DNA of 64,000 nucleotides, from NCBI GenBank assembly GCA_965228855.1, contig CBDDIJ010000002.1, forward strand, positions 1,280,001 through 1,344,000. The letters run 5' to 3'. A program made the position numbers and the translations under genes. Within the stretch, counting starts at the first letter, position 1, and each line of letters opens with the position of its first letter. Source of the stretch: Candidatus Obscuribacterales bacterium (GTDB taxonomy: Bacteria; Cyanobacteriota; Vampirovibrionia; Obscuribacterales; Obscuribacteraceae). Below are positions 1 to 9,633 of this stretch, piece after piece. The notes beneath the pieces were generated by a model that saw nothing but the letters and a program-made list of their open reading frames with translations, was not told the DNA's origin and did no database searches.

Positions 1-1383
1 TCCAACCGCATAACCGTAAGAGTCATTGACTCTGCTCAGTCCATCTATGTCGAATATGGTTAGAACCTGGGCGAATTTCTTGGAGCGAATTCGAACTGAG
101 CGCTGAGCGTACTCCATAAAGTGGCTGTGGTTGAGGATCTGGGTCAATCCATCATTACGCAGGAGTCTCTGGAAAATTCGATAGCGCTCCAATTTTCCTG
201 CTATTGTCGCGACCAGAAGTTGCGGATTGACAGGCTTGATAAGGTGGTCGTCACCGCCGGCACGCGCGCTCTCGATATGCGCTTCCAATTGGTTTTGAGT
301 AGTTAGAAATAAAATCGGAATCGCGGCAAAGCGCTCGTTCTGCCTGACGAAACGGGCGAGTTCGAAACCGTTGATTTCTCCCATGACGATGTCCAGAAGA
401 ATCAAGTCGGGCACGAAAGTCAAAAGTGCTTCCTCGAACTTTTTCGGATCCTGAACCCAGGCCAGGTGGTAGCCGGCGTTTTCCAGCGTTGTGACAATAT
501 AATTGGCCTGATCCGGATCGTCCTCTACCGAAAGAATTCTGTAGCGCTCCGGTTTATGTCTTTCGAACAGGAATCGCAGCTTCTGCACGATCGTATCGAC
601 TTCTACCGGCAATTCGAAGAAGGCATCCGCGCCTGCTTTAATGGCGGCTATTTTGTCGAGAAAGCCTGGTTCTTCGCTTAAAAGCACGATGGATACCTGG
701 TCTCCGCCAGGTAGAGAACGGCAACCCGTAATCAATTCATATCCGTTGCCATCACGAAGGGGAACGCAAAGCAGCATGCCTTGCGGAAATGCGGTCATGA
801 TTTGCGTTTTTGCTTCTTCGAAGCTCGCGCAAGGTCGGACGCTCATGCCAAGACTATCGAGTCTCTGAGCCAGGGATGAGAGACGGCCCTGGTCGCTCGA
901 TACCACGATAACGTCCGGACCGCCGTGCCCTGACACCACATTCAGTGACTGGTCCGGTTTCCACAGCGCCGGCGCGGACTCCCCGGAAGTCATCGGCGGA
1001 CCGGTCAAAGGATCTGGACTGCCACCACCAATGCTCGCAGCCGGAGCGCTAGTGCCTTTTGCTGCGTCCAGTATGACGCGAAGTTGAGCGATCATGTCTC
1101 GGAAATGGCGCCAGTAAACGATAATATCGTCCGGTTGGCTTTCAAATATGTTCAAACAAAGGCGTTCGCCGGATTCCGCGATATGAGAAATATCGCCCAT
1201 GTTGTAAACGCCGGCTGAGCCGGCCATTTGATGAAAGTGCTCGTGCAGTTGGCGCAAATTGTCTACGTCCCATGGGCTCTGCGCAAACCGGTTGGCATGC
1301 TGCTCCATAGGCGCCAATCGTTCTAAACAACGGGTGACGTAGTTGTCCCGTTGCGCTTCCATTTTGTCCGACCAACCTTGCAT
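1..1383 (-). CDS. Hpt-pseudoreceiver-receiver-GGDEF response regulator/diguanylate cyclase (3'-truncated by window edge)
   Basis: Hand translation from ATG at 1383 is open to base 1; absent from the ORF track because it has no stop in the window. Hpt motif FHQMAGSAG; degenerate REC; canonical REC (ILSVEDD, LILLDIVM, LIKP); GGDEF start DGLTQILN...FDIDGLSRVNDSYG. Confidence 0.9.
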   Translation of the reverse strand, partial: MQGWSDKMEAQRDNYVTRCLERLAPMEQHANRFAQSPWDVDNLRQLHEHFHQMAGSAGVYNMGDISHIAESGERLCLNIFESQPDDIIVYWRHFRDMIAQLRVILDAAKGTSAPAASIGGGSPDPLTGPPMTSGESAPALWKPDQSLNVVSGHGGPDVIVVSSDQGRLSSLAQRLDSLGMSVRPCASFEEAKTQIMTAFPQGMLLCVPLRDGNGYELITGCRSLPGGDQVSIVLLSEEPGFLDKIAAIKAGADAFFELPVEVDTIVQKLRFLFERHKPERYRILSVEDDPDQANYIVTTLENAGYHLAWVQDPKKFEEALLTFVPDLILLDIVMGEINGFELARFVRQNERFAAIPILFLTTQNQLEAHIESARAGGDDHLIKPVNPQLLVATIAGKLERYRIFQRLLRNDGLTQILNHSHFMEYAQRSVRIRSKKFAQVLTIFDIDGLSRVNDSYGYAVG

Positions 1384-1398
1384 CGACTAACCGCTTCC

Positions 1399-1764
1399 TT
1401 AATTTGCCGCCGTCAATAGTAGCTCAACTTGCTTGGTCAGGTCATCCAATTGGAACGGTTTCGCCAGATATTTGCTGGCGCCCGCTTGCTTGCATTTTTC
1501 CTCGTCGGAGCTGCCGTGCATACCGGTGAGCATCAAAACCGGCAAGGTGCCGCCGGTTTCTCTGTATTTTGTGCAGACTTCAATTCCGGTGAGCCCAGGC
1601 AAATTCCAATCGAGCACGATGATGTTATAAGTGTTGGACGCTATTTTTTCTAGCGCCTCTTCACCGTTGGCAGAGTGCTCCGCCTCGTGTCCCTTAAATT
1701 CAAGCCAGTCAAGAAGCGTGTTGGCAAGAACGTAATCGTCTTCCACCAGCAGAATCTTTGCCAC
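1399..1764 (-). CDS. Single-domain response regulator (CheY-like receiver)
   Basis: ILLVEDD, VLDWNLP, MLTG and LAKPF receiver motifs; GGAG RBS. Confidence 0.93.
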   Translation of the reverse strand: MAKILLVEDDYVLANTLLDWLEFKGHEAEHSANGEEALEKIASNTYNIIVLDWNLPGLTGIEVCTKYRETGGTLPVLMLTGMHGSSDEEKCKQAGASKYLAKPFQLDDLTKQVELLLTAAN

Positions 1765-1852
1765 CTGACAATCTCCTGGGTAACCTTAGACATATCCTAC
1801 CCGATTCGGCACAGTGTCGACGGGCAAAATTCAGTTGGCGCACAAACTTTCG

Positions 1853-2680
1853 TCACTCAGGAGAGCAGTGCTGGATTAAACTTGCCACCAGCCCCTGGGT
1901 GGTATGTTCGTCAGCCTCGACATCCACGTTGCCGATTAATTCCCGGCAGGTTTTCGCCGTCACCGGACCGATTGCGGCAATGACGACGCTGGCCAGCAAC
2001 TCGCGGAGCTTTTCAGTGCTCGCATAACTTGAATCAACCTGCAGCAGGTCCACGAAGTTTTTGGCTGTCTGAGAACTCGCAAACGTAATAACGTCCACTC
2101 GGCGCTCGCTCAAGAGCTCATGCAGTTTTTCGGACACTTCTTTCTTGTTCTTCGGCAGGTTTGTGCTGTATGCCTCGACCATATCAACCTTACCGCCTTG
2201 CTTTTTTAAACCGTCCGCAATCACGGTTCTGCCGGCATTAGTCCTTGGAAGCAGAAACCGTTTGCCGTTGACGTTGTGGGCTGCACAGAAATCTTCTACA
2301 AATTCTTCGGCAACAAATTTGCTAGGTTGAAAATCTGTTTTGATGCCGGCAAGCAGCAGCTTTTCTTGGGTTGCCGAACCGATTGCGGCGATTTTGACGC
2401 CGGATGTTTTCAAGTAATCCGCACCAAATGCGGTGCAGCGTCCGACCACGGAAGCGACCGCGTTGGTGCTGGCAAATATAATCCAATCGTAATCTTGAAT
2501 GGCACCAAGTGCGGTATCGAGTGGCTTCCAGGATTTGGGCTCTCCAATCTCGATTACGGCGGCTTCGACTGTTTGCGCGCCGTATTTTTTGAGCATGCGA
2601 GATAGTTCGCCCGCCTGCTTTTCACCTCTGGTGATCAAAACAGTCTTTCCGCTCAGTGGTAAAACTTCTGGTTGACTCAT
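1853..2680 (-). CDS. hemD: Uroporphyrinogen-III synthase
   Basis: VLITR, WIIFASTNAV, AIGSAT, TFASS, AIGPVT motifs; overlaps hemC stop. Confidence 0.93.
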   Translation of the reverse strand: MSQPEVLPLSGKTVLITRGEKQAGELSRMLKKYGAQTVEAAVIEIGEPKSWKPLDTALGAIQDYDWIIFASTNAVASVVGRCTAFGADYLKTSGVKIAAIGSATQEKLLLAGIKTDFQPSKFVAEEFVEDFCAAHNVNGKRFLLPRTNAGRTVIADGLKKQGGKVDMVEAYSTNLPKNKKEVSEKLHELLSERRVDVITFASSQTAKNFVDLLQVDSSYASTEKLRELLASVVIAAIGPVTAKTCRELIGNVDVEADEHTTQGLVASLIQHCSPE

Positions 2681-3627
2681 GGAGGAGATATTTTGTTTGG
2701 TATGCTCAATCGTAGATCTTCGATGGTTGAACGTGCTCCATTCTCCATCATTTTATGCGCGAGTTGTTCTCCGACCTCTTTGGCCTGTTCGGCCAAACCT
2801 GAGTGCGCTGTTCTGAATACAGCGCTACCGTCGAGGGCTGCGATGCAGCCGGTCAATGTGATGTCGTCGCCATTCACCCGAGCAAGAGCACCGATTGGAA
2901 CGGAACAGCCGCCGCCAAGTTGAGCGAGAAAAGAGCGTTCGCACTCGATCTCTTGTGAAACTTTCTTGTCGCTGATTTTCTCCAGCATCTGAAGAAGTTC
3001 GGCGTCATTAGCGCGACACTCGATGGCCAGTGCTCCCTGACCCGCTGCCGGAGTCAGTTCCTCTGGTTCGAAAACCTGGCTGACTCGATCCAGCAGGCCA
3101 AGTCGGAGGAGTCCGGCGTGAGCGAGAAGCGTTCCGTCGCAATATCCCTCATCTAACTTCCTCAGGCGGGTCTCGATGTTGCCACGAATGTCGATGAATG
3201 AAATGTCAGAACGCAATTCTTTTAGTTGTGCTGCTCTCCGCCTCGAAGATGTAGCGACTACGGCGTTAGGCGGAAGGTCTTTGAATGCTTTTCCTGTTTT
3301 TGTAGCCAGAATGTCTCGAGGATCTTCTCGGTCTAAAACAGCGGCGATGCATAAGCCCTCCGGCACGTCGGTAGGAACGTCTTTCAGGCTGTGAACTACA
3401 AAATCTACCTCGCCGCGAAGCAGAGCGTCCTCGAGCTCTTTTACAAAAACCCCTCGGAAGCCGAGTTCGGCGATTGGTCGATCGACAATCTTGTCACCAC
3501 CTGTGGTGACGGCGACTTCTTCGAGTTGCACATCAGGAATTTGCGCCTTCAACCTATCGACGACGATTTGTGTCTGTAGTCTGGCTAACTTACTGGCTCT
3601 TGTGCCGACGCGATACAAGGGTTGCAC
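2677..3627 (-). CDS. hemC: Hydroxymethylbilane synthase (porphobilinogen deaminase)
   Basis: GTRASKLA, GVFVKELE, VHSLKDVP, TSSRRR, RGNIETRL, LGGGCSVPIG (cofactor Cys). Confidence 0.97.
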   Translation of the reverse strand: MQPLYRVGTRASKLARLQTQIVVDRLKAQIPDVQLEEVAVTTGGDKIVDRPIAELGFRGVFVKELEDALLRGEVDFVVHSLKDVPTDVPEGLCIAAVLDREDPRDILATKTGKAFKDLPPNAVVATSSRRRAAQLKELRSDISFIDIRGNIETRLRKLDEGYCDGTLLAHAGLLRLGLLDRVSQVFEPEELTPAAGQGALAIECRANDAELLQMLEKISDKKVSQEIECERSFLAQLGGGCSVPIGALARVNGDDITLTGCIAALDGSAVFRTAHSGLAEQAKEVGEQLAHKMMENGARSTIEDLRLSIPNKISPP

Positions 3628-3629
3628 CG

Positions 3630-4991
3630 TTAGTTGTTGACGTAGGTTGCTTCTCCGCGCGGACGGTGGCGCTTAGCAACGGCTTTGGCACTTGACTCTT
3701 CAAGCGGATCGAGATTGAACAATGTACGCAGCGCTTCGGCCTGTTGTTTCAGGACCTGGTAGTCCTTGGTCGCTTTGAGTTGCACTGTCGGGTGATGAAG
3801 AATTTGATTGACTATGGCTCGGCTGACGCTCTCCGCCTCTTCCTTCTGCTGGCAGTTGGCAGGGCGCTGCACACCGAAAGCGCCTTTTGAGATTTCTTCC
3901 ATTCGAATGGCTTCGATCTTTTCTCGCAAGCCCGCGATTGTCGGTGAGACGATGCGGCTGCGGCGCCAGGTGTGGAATTCATCTAGACTTTCGAAAACAA
4001 TTGCTTCAGCTTCTTGCGCGAGAGCAACGCGCTCTTCCATGTTTTTCGTTACGATAGAGGCAAGGTCGTCTGCGTGTTTCAGGGTGATTCCTGGGATTTC
4101 GCCAATCCGCGGATCGACGTTGCGAGGAACTGAAATATCGATGATCAAGCAATCTTTCTTGGAGCCGGATTGCTCGCGAGCCGCAAGAAATGCTTCATAG
4201 TTTAAAAGATAGCTCGGCGCGCTGGTTGCCACCACTGTCAGTGGCGATGTCGCTGCCACGTTGTAGCGGTTGTCGAAAGTCGCCTCTGTACAAAGCCGTT
4301 CTCTGCCCTTAAGTTCCCCGGTTACGACACCACTGAGTTTTTCCGGGGAGCGATTGAGAATTTTCACAGACGAGATATGTTTCTCTTTCAAAAGGTGTTT
4401 GACAGAGAGCTGCGCCATGTTGCCGGCGCCGATTACTGTCACGTCTCCTCTGGTCGCGCCAAGTTCTTTTGCCAATTCGATAGCTGCTGAACTTACTGAC
4501 ACGGCCCGACGACCGAGAGTGGTTTCGGAGCGAACCCGTTTTCCACAACTGAGGGCCAGTTTGAAGAGTTGGTCGAGCACGGACTTTGCGGTTCCGGCCG
4601 AGAGAGCCTTTTGATGAGCCTCCTTGACCTGCGCCATAATCTGCCCTTCGCCGAGGACCATACTGTCCAGTCCGGATGCGACTCGCATCAAATGAAGGAC
4701 AACGTCATCACGCAATAACTTGAAATTGGGTCGGAGCTTGCCATGGTCAGACAATCCTTGAACTGACTGATAAAAGCTCTCGATTTCTTTGAGCCCGGCT
4801 TGGACATCGGAAACTACCGCGTAAACCTCGGTGCGATTGCAGGTTGACAAGATTGCCGTTTCCAGCAAATGTGGATAGCGTGAAAGCGCTTCCAGAGCAT
4901 GTTTCACGCAAGAGTCAGGAATCGTGAAACGCTCTCTAATGGCTATTGGTGCGGAGTGGTAGTTGAGTCCGCAAACTACAAGATGGTTCAT
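3630..4991 (-). CDS. hemA: Glutamyl-tRNA reductase
   Basis: LSTCNRTE catalytic Cys, SGLDSMVLGEGQI, GAGNMA, DISVPRNVD. Start moved to ATG 4991 (MNHLVVCGLNYH). Confidence 0.96.
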   Translation of the reverse strand: MNHLVVCGLNYHSAPIAIRERFTIPDSCVKHALEALSRYPHLLETAILSTCNRTEVYAVVSDVQAGLKEIESFYQSVQGLSDHGKLRPNFKLLRDDVVLHLMRVASGLDSMVLGEGQIMAQVKEAHQKALSAGTAKSVLDQLFKLALSCGKRVRSETTLGRRAVSVSSAAIELAKELGATRGDVTVIGAGNMAQLSVKHLLKEKHISSVKILNRSPEKLSGVVTGELKGRERLCTEATFDNRYNVAATSPLTVVATSAPSYLLNYEAFLAAREQSGSKKDCLIIDISVPRNVDPRIGEIPGITLKHADDLASIVTKNMEERVALAQEAEAIVFESLDEFHTWRRSRIVSPTIAGLREKIEAIRMEEISKGAFGVQRPANCQQKEEAESVSRAIVNQILHHPTVQLKATKDYQVLKQQAEALRTLFNLDPLEESSAKAVAKRHRPRGEATYVNN

Positions 4992-5211
4992 AACGCCGAA
5001 ATCACTTATGGGTTGCCATTGCAGACCTTTCGTCTCGCCTAAGACATTGACCGAAATAATCAATCAAATCAAAGGTCCTGCATACTCTTTTTCTAGAGAG
5101 CAATTATATCCAGGATCAGGACTGGAAAACGTGCAAGTGTCTATGCAGTAAAGAAAACTTTAGTTGGCGACTCAAACCCTGTTTGGCATTGCGTCGAATC
5201 TTCCAGAATTT

Positions 5212-5231
5212 TTATCCCCGCTTGTGGATTA
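5212..5231. promoter_or_regulatory. Pair of inverted DnaA-box-like 9-mers
   Basis: TTATCCCCG-ct-TGTGGATTA; 2 and 1 mismatches to TTATCCACA; upstream of hemA. Confidence 0.35.
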
Positions 5232-5262
5232 TGTGATTGGTTTAACAATAGGGTTGGTGAGG

Positions 5263-7287
5263 CTATGGTTTCGGCGGGGTAACCAGTTCCGTCCAATTGA
5301 CTCCGGGACCCCAGGCTGAATCGGTTGATAGCACAGTGTCTCCCGTTGAATTCACCCAGTGGTATTTCGGTCCGTACTCGACTTGAAACTTTTCGCCTGT
5401 ACTCGGGTTCATGAGCGTGTCTTCGTCGCGAATGTAGTTGATAAAGTCACTGTGAGCGCGGTCGGACGCTCTCATATTGTTCATGTAGCGAGCGTGAGAG
5501 GCGTCCATGTCGCGCATTCTGTTCATAAATGAGTTGTGACTAGCATCCATTGCCGCCATTCTGGCGCTGAATGCCGCTGCTGACCGCGCACGCGCGGCTC
5601 TGTCGAATGCAAGCCAATTTTGCACTGATTGCACGTTCTGTTTCGCCTGTCCCTGCTCCCAATCTTGGTTGTATTGCCAGGATTTATACATCCGCTGAAA
5701 GATTTGCAGCGCGGCCTGTTCGTAACCATCAGCGGCAACCACGCCGCAAATTTGTGAAACCCACCACATCGTCGGGCCCTTCTTCGTTGCGGCCATGAAA
5801 AAGGAAGTCCCGTGAGTTCCCTTGGCCGAGAAGTCGTATCGAACAGATGCGGCGTCCGATGCCACAACTCCTTGAGTGCCGTTTATTTCTCGCGCCAATT
5901 CAGGATGATGTTCTACATTGACCATTTCAAACGAGTCGCAGTTCTTTCCGAATCTGCTCCTGGCGTAGTCTTTGACGAACTTTTCGGCGTCCTGGTAAAA
6001 CAGAACTTTTGAGACCAGTCCGTTGCTGTGTTTGTAAGTTGCACCTGGAGGACAACCGAGTCTGGTCAGCCATGCTGCCGGCAGGTATCGCGGTTCTATG
6101 GAGCCGTCACCTATGAATATAGCCATCTTTTCGTCAGGCGAAACCGCCTTCACCCATGGGCGAAGGTCAATCGGCATCGGTTTATTCAAACCGCCAGTGA
6201 CGTTCCAGCCGGCTGGAACGTCGAGAGAGAATGCGCCAAAATTTGGGTCTATAAACTTGGTGTATTGAATGTCGGGCGTCGCTAAGCTCGTGGCCGTTTG
6301 TCCTGCGAAACCATTAGAATTGCCTTGTGTTTCACCGGAGTTGTTTTGGGTGCCACTGTTAGCAATACCAGTTATTTGGAAGCTCTGCAGAACTTTGCTC
6401 AAAGTCATAACATCGGCTTGTCCTTGAGGCGTGGCGGGAGAACCGAAGATTATTAGCTGACCGGCTGTTCCGTCTCCGCCTGGCGATAAAGCGAGACCTG
6501 CTATTTCGAGTCGGCCGTTCGCTATCGCTGTAGAGCGCAGAGCGCCTGTCACCGTATTTGGTGCACTCCAATTTGTCCCGGGAGCGTACTGTTTGAGCAG
6601 AGCCGTAAATATTCCTGTGGCGGAGGAAATGCTGATTGACTTTGTTGGAATGTAGAAAGGAAAAATGGATAACTTGCAATTCGCCGGACTGCTCACCTCA
6701 ATCTTGCCGGTCTTCTCGTCCTGGACAAATGACCATCCTTCGGGGCAACCTATGGAGAAGCCCTGGCCTTGCCCACCATAAGTCTTCCAACCTGCGTTCG
6801 CGGTGCTGGATGGCGTAATGCTTTGATTTGCCGAATTATTTGACCTGTTGTCCTGGTACCCAAGTTTGTAGTCGCTGGATTTTGCCAGTTGAGCTGCCGA
6901 CACTCGCATCAGTGTTACCGTGTAGTTGCCTCGCGAAGGCGACTGGAATGAAAGCGACAAATGAGTGCCTGGAGCTCCCATCAGCATTTGATAGATCTGC
7001 TCCGGAGGTAGTGATTCGACCGGAGTCGCTCCAACAGCGAGTAATTCATCGCCCGTGGCGATGTTGCCTTTTGCCGCCGGTCCATCAGGTACAACCTTGG
7101 TCACATAGAGTCGTCTCTGGTCGTTGTAGTTGACGACCATACCGAGAGCGCCTTTATCTGCCGGATTTACTGAGCCCGTAGTTGAGCTGAAACTTTGAGT
7201 TTGCGCAGCGGCTTCCGTAACGCAGCCGATTTGTGAAAGTGTCAGTATGCCGAGCACAGCTGAGCGAAAGATTGCTGAATGAATCAT
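5263..7287 (-). CDS. Exported PDZ-domain protein with uncharacterised C-terminal domains
   Basis: Signal-like N-terminus; PDZ (GALGMVV...VTKVVPDGPAAKGNIATGDELLAV); two F-S-x-x-x-P-x-GW segments; Met/Ala-rich helical repeat near C-terminus. Start set at ATG 7287. Confidence 0.8.
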   Translation of the reverse strand: MIHSAIFRSAVLGILTLSQIGCVTEAAAQTQSFSSTTGSVNPADKGALGMVVNYNDQRRLYVTKVVPDGPAAKGNIATGDELLAVGATPVESLPPEQIYQMLMGAPGTHLSLSFQSPSRGNYTVTLMRVSAAQLAKSSDYKLGYQDNRSNNSANQSITPSSTANAGWKTYGGQGQGFSIGCPEGWSFVQDEKTGKIEVSSPANCKLSIFPFYIPTKSISISSATGIFTALLKQYAPGTNWSAPNTVTGALRSTAIANGRLEIAGLALSPGGDGTAGQLIIFGSPATPQGQADVMTLSKVLQSFQITGIANSGTQNNSGETQGNSNGFAGQTATSLATPDIQYTKFIDPNFGAFSLDVPAGWNVTGGLNKPMPIDLRPWVKAVSPDEKMAIFIGDGSIEPRYLPAAWLTRLGCPPGATYKHSNGLVSKVLFYQDAEKFVKDYARSRFGKNCDSFEMVNVEHHPELAREINGTQGVVASDAASVRYDFSAKGTHGTSFFMAATKKGPTMWWVSQICGVVAADGYEQAALQIFQRMYKSWQYNQDWEQGQAKQNVQSVQNWLAFDRAARARSAAAFSARMAAMDASHNSFMNRMRDMDASHARYMNNMRASDRAHSDFINYIRDEDTLMNPSTGEKFQVEYGPKYHWVNSTGDTVLSTDSAWGPGVNWTELVTPPKP

Positions 7288-7383
7288 GGCAAGGCTTCCA
7301 GAGAGGTATACGAATGAACAGGCAATTCTATCAAAGTAATAAATTTGAAGATTGCCTGAAAAGGAAACCGCCCGATGCAACTC

Positions 7384-8313
7384 TCAGTCGGAGTCGTTAT
7401 CTGATTTTTCGGAGCCGGTAGCTGAGACTATCGTGGTGATCGCCATGTCTTCACGCAGATTGAGCGGCGCAGAGACATTGGTTTTTGTAACTACTCGTAT
7501 AGCTGTTGGAAGATTGTGCAGGCGTGGACGAATCAATCTTCCCGGCGCGACGATGACAGTCTTCCCATCAAAGTCGTCCGGTGTGATCAGGCGGGCGCTT
7601 GCGATGGTGTCTTTGATTCTCGGATGAAGCGAGGCGAAAACAAAGTTGAGATCATTGTCAGGCGCGGGCAGCTTGACGTTGATTTCCGGCCGGTAGAAGT
7701 CGGTTTTTTGATAAAAGTATCCGGCGCCGCGATCGAATTCTTTCAACTGCTCGATTGCTATTGGTGCTGTGGCATTGCTCGGCATATCGCGCAGCGAGCC
7801 GACTTCCACGATAGTATCCTCTGTTGGTGTCAAAGTAAGGAGCATCAGATTCATCGGACCGCGATCTTTTGTTTCCTTAACTTTTGAAGTTATTGATATC
7901 TCCAATTCCTTGCCAAGCATGGCTGAAAGTAACTGGCGTTCTTCTTCAACTCTGGTCGCGCCAACACGTGCGTCGTCAAGGAGCAGTCGAGCTAGTGGTT
8001 CTACATGCGGTGCCTGTTTTGCGATGTCGTCATAAGCACGCCGGGAAGTAAAAACCGCTTCTCGTGACCTCTCGATCATCGAATTCATCTCACCGATGCG
8101 ATCGCCTTTGTTTAATTGAACGGCGGCTTGCAGTCCGATATTTTCCGTCGTGGAATTCAGTTTTGCGTTTGATAACATCAGGAGGCTGGTGCCAATTGCC
8201 ACCATAATTAGTGCCGCGATTATCATGGCTACCAGCATGATCAGGGGAAGAACCCCGCCTCTGCAGGTTCTCTTTTCGCTGCGGTTTGACGAGCTATTTT
8301 GCCGCCGTATCAT
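7384..8313 (-). CDS. TadG-like pseudopilin-type protein
   Basis: Basic leader ending RG, followed by a long hydrophobic helix (GVLPLIMLVAMIIAALIMVAIG) and a degenerate Tad motif KLNSTTENIGLQAA; next to a TadE-like gene. Confidence 0.6.
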   Translation of the reverse strand: MIRRQNSSSNRSEKRTCRGGVLPLIMLVAMIIAALIMVAIGTSLLMLSNAKLNSTTENIGLQAAVQLNKGDRIGEMNSMIERSREAVFTSRRAYDDIAKQAPHVEPLARLLLDDARVGATRVEEERQLLSAMLGKELEISITSKVKETKDRGPMNLMLLTLTPTEDTIVEVGSLRDMPSNATAPIAIEQLKEFDRGAGYFYQKTDFYRPEINVKLPAPDNDLNFVFASLHPRIKDTIASARLITPDDFDGKTVIVAPGRLIRPRLHNLPTAIRVVTKTNVSAPLNLREDMAITTIVSATGSEKSDNDSD

Positions 8314-8990
8314 TCGTCGTCTCCTGAACCGGGCGGTGTTGTGTAGTATAAGACCTGTTTTTGACTGCCGGAAACGGTACGAATGGGAATAACGATGGGG
8401 CTGTAAACTGGAACGTCAGGCGCCGATTCGGGTCCTGGAGTGAAACCCGCTTGAGGCATCTGGTTTAACATATAGCCCATGCTTTCGTCGGGAACGAGAA
8501 TTACCGATACCGACTGCCTGCGCGCATAGAGGTCTACAAACAAGCGTAAAACCGCTTTAGCAGCCGCTTCTGCTTCTTGAAGTGAACCAAATCCGGATTT
8601 GTGTCTCACTTCGAATGCAACCTGTCCGGAGTGCAGGTCTAGGTCATGCATTCTGCGACAACCAAGAACGTTCCAACCATGCATCCAGAGGTCTTCGTAG
8701 TGAACCGGCTCAGCATCCTCGTTGTTGGGCTGTGAATAAGTGATTTTTGTTTTCACAACAGGTCCGATGATTGAATTTTTGTATTCGAATTGATCTCGAA
8801 CCTGTTCGGTCTCGATTAAGAACAAGTAGTCATAAGTCTTTCCGAGGCTCTGGCTTTTGCAAGGAAGTTGGAGAATGAGTAGCGTTGCTACTGCTGTTGT
8901 TAGGAACGCTAGAGCGCAAACCAATTTTCCTGTGCGGAAAACGGTCGCAAAGAATTCGACAAGCGGACCCAATGTCTTATTCATTGACAT
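8310..8990 (-). CDS. Hypothetical exported/membrane-anchored protein
   Basis: 226-aa ORF overlapping both neighbours; N-terminal hydrophobic segment. Confidence 0.75.
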   Translation of the reverse strand: MSMNKTLGPLVEFFATVFRTGKLVCALAFLTTAVATLLILQLPCKSQSLGKTYDYLFLIETEQVRDQFEYKNSIIGPVVKTKITYSQPNNEDAEPVHYEDLWMHGWNVLGCRRMHDLDLHSGQVAFEVRHKSGFGSLQEAEAAAKAVLRLFVDLYARRQSVSVILVPDESMGYMLNQMPQAGFTPGPESAPDVPVYSPIVIPIRTVSGSQKQVLYYTTPPGSGDDE

Positions 8991-9546
8991 AGTACTCCGT
9001 TGTAATCGGATCTCGTCCCATGTTCTCCCACAAAGCGCTTCCCGTCATCACTACGTCGGCAGGTTCGGTCAAGCCAGGCACTTTGAGACCAAAGAATTGT
9101 ACTGTCACCAGCGGATCTATGCGCGTATTGACGACCACGCTCAAGCTGTAATTGAAACTACCCTTATCCGGCTGCCAGTTCGGAGGAATTTTTCCTGGCT
9201 GTTCCACTCGCAGAGTCTGAGTTGGATCGTTGACCTTGGCTATCAGCAGAGCGGGCGAGACTGAGGTAACTTTGACTCCGGTCGGGTTGGAAACTTCAAG
9301 CGCGAATTTGTCAGCGTAGTAGCTCTTGAACGCATCTGACAGCTTGCGTTTCTTCGCCACGTTCTGCGTCCAGGCATTCACTACCTGCGATGAGATCGCC
9401 CAGCGTGTCATGAATGTTCCATAGTTTGCCAGCGGCAACAGAATGATGAAGAAGATGAAAACCAGGCAGTAAGTAAATTCGACAGCGTTGCTGCCGGTGC
9501 TTTTTCGGCAGGAGGGTAAGGTTCGAAATTTGTCTCGTGAGTTCAT
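8977..9546 (-). CDS. TadE-like pseudopilin
   Basis: RKSTG|SNAVEFTYCLVFIFFIILLPL matches the G|xxxxEF prepilin motif of TadE/F plus hydrophobic helix. Confidence 0.75.
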   Translation of the reverse strand: MNSRDKFRTLPSCRKSTGSNAVEFTYCLVFIFFIILLPLANYGTFMTRWAISSQVVNAWTQNVAKKRKLSDAFKSYYADKFALEVSNPTGVKVTSVSPALLIAKVNDPTQTLRVEQPGKIPPNWQPDKGSFNYSLSVVVNTRIDPLVTVQFFGLKVPGLTEPADVVMTGSALWENMGRDPITTEYYVNE

Positions 9547-9633
9547 CGAATTAGAACCTGAAATTTCAACTGTACACTGCTTGAAACAGTTGAAAGTTTC
9601 TTTGACTAAGAATATCAGGTTATCGAATGAGAC

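Noticed and set aside
5064..5262. Replication origin
   Set aside because: Only two imperfect DnaA boxes, no dnaA/dnaN neighbourhood, and skew could not be computed.
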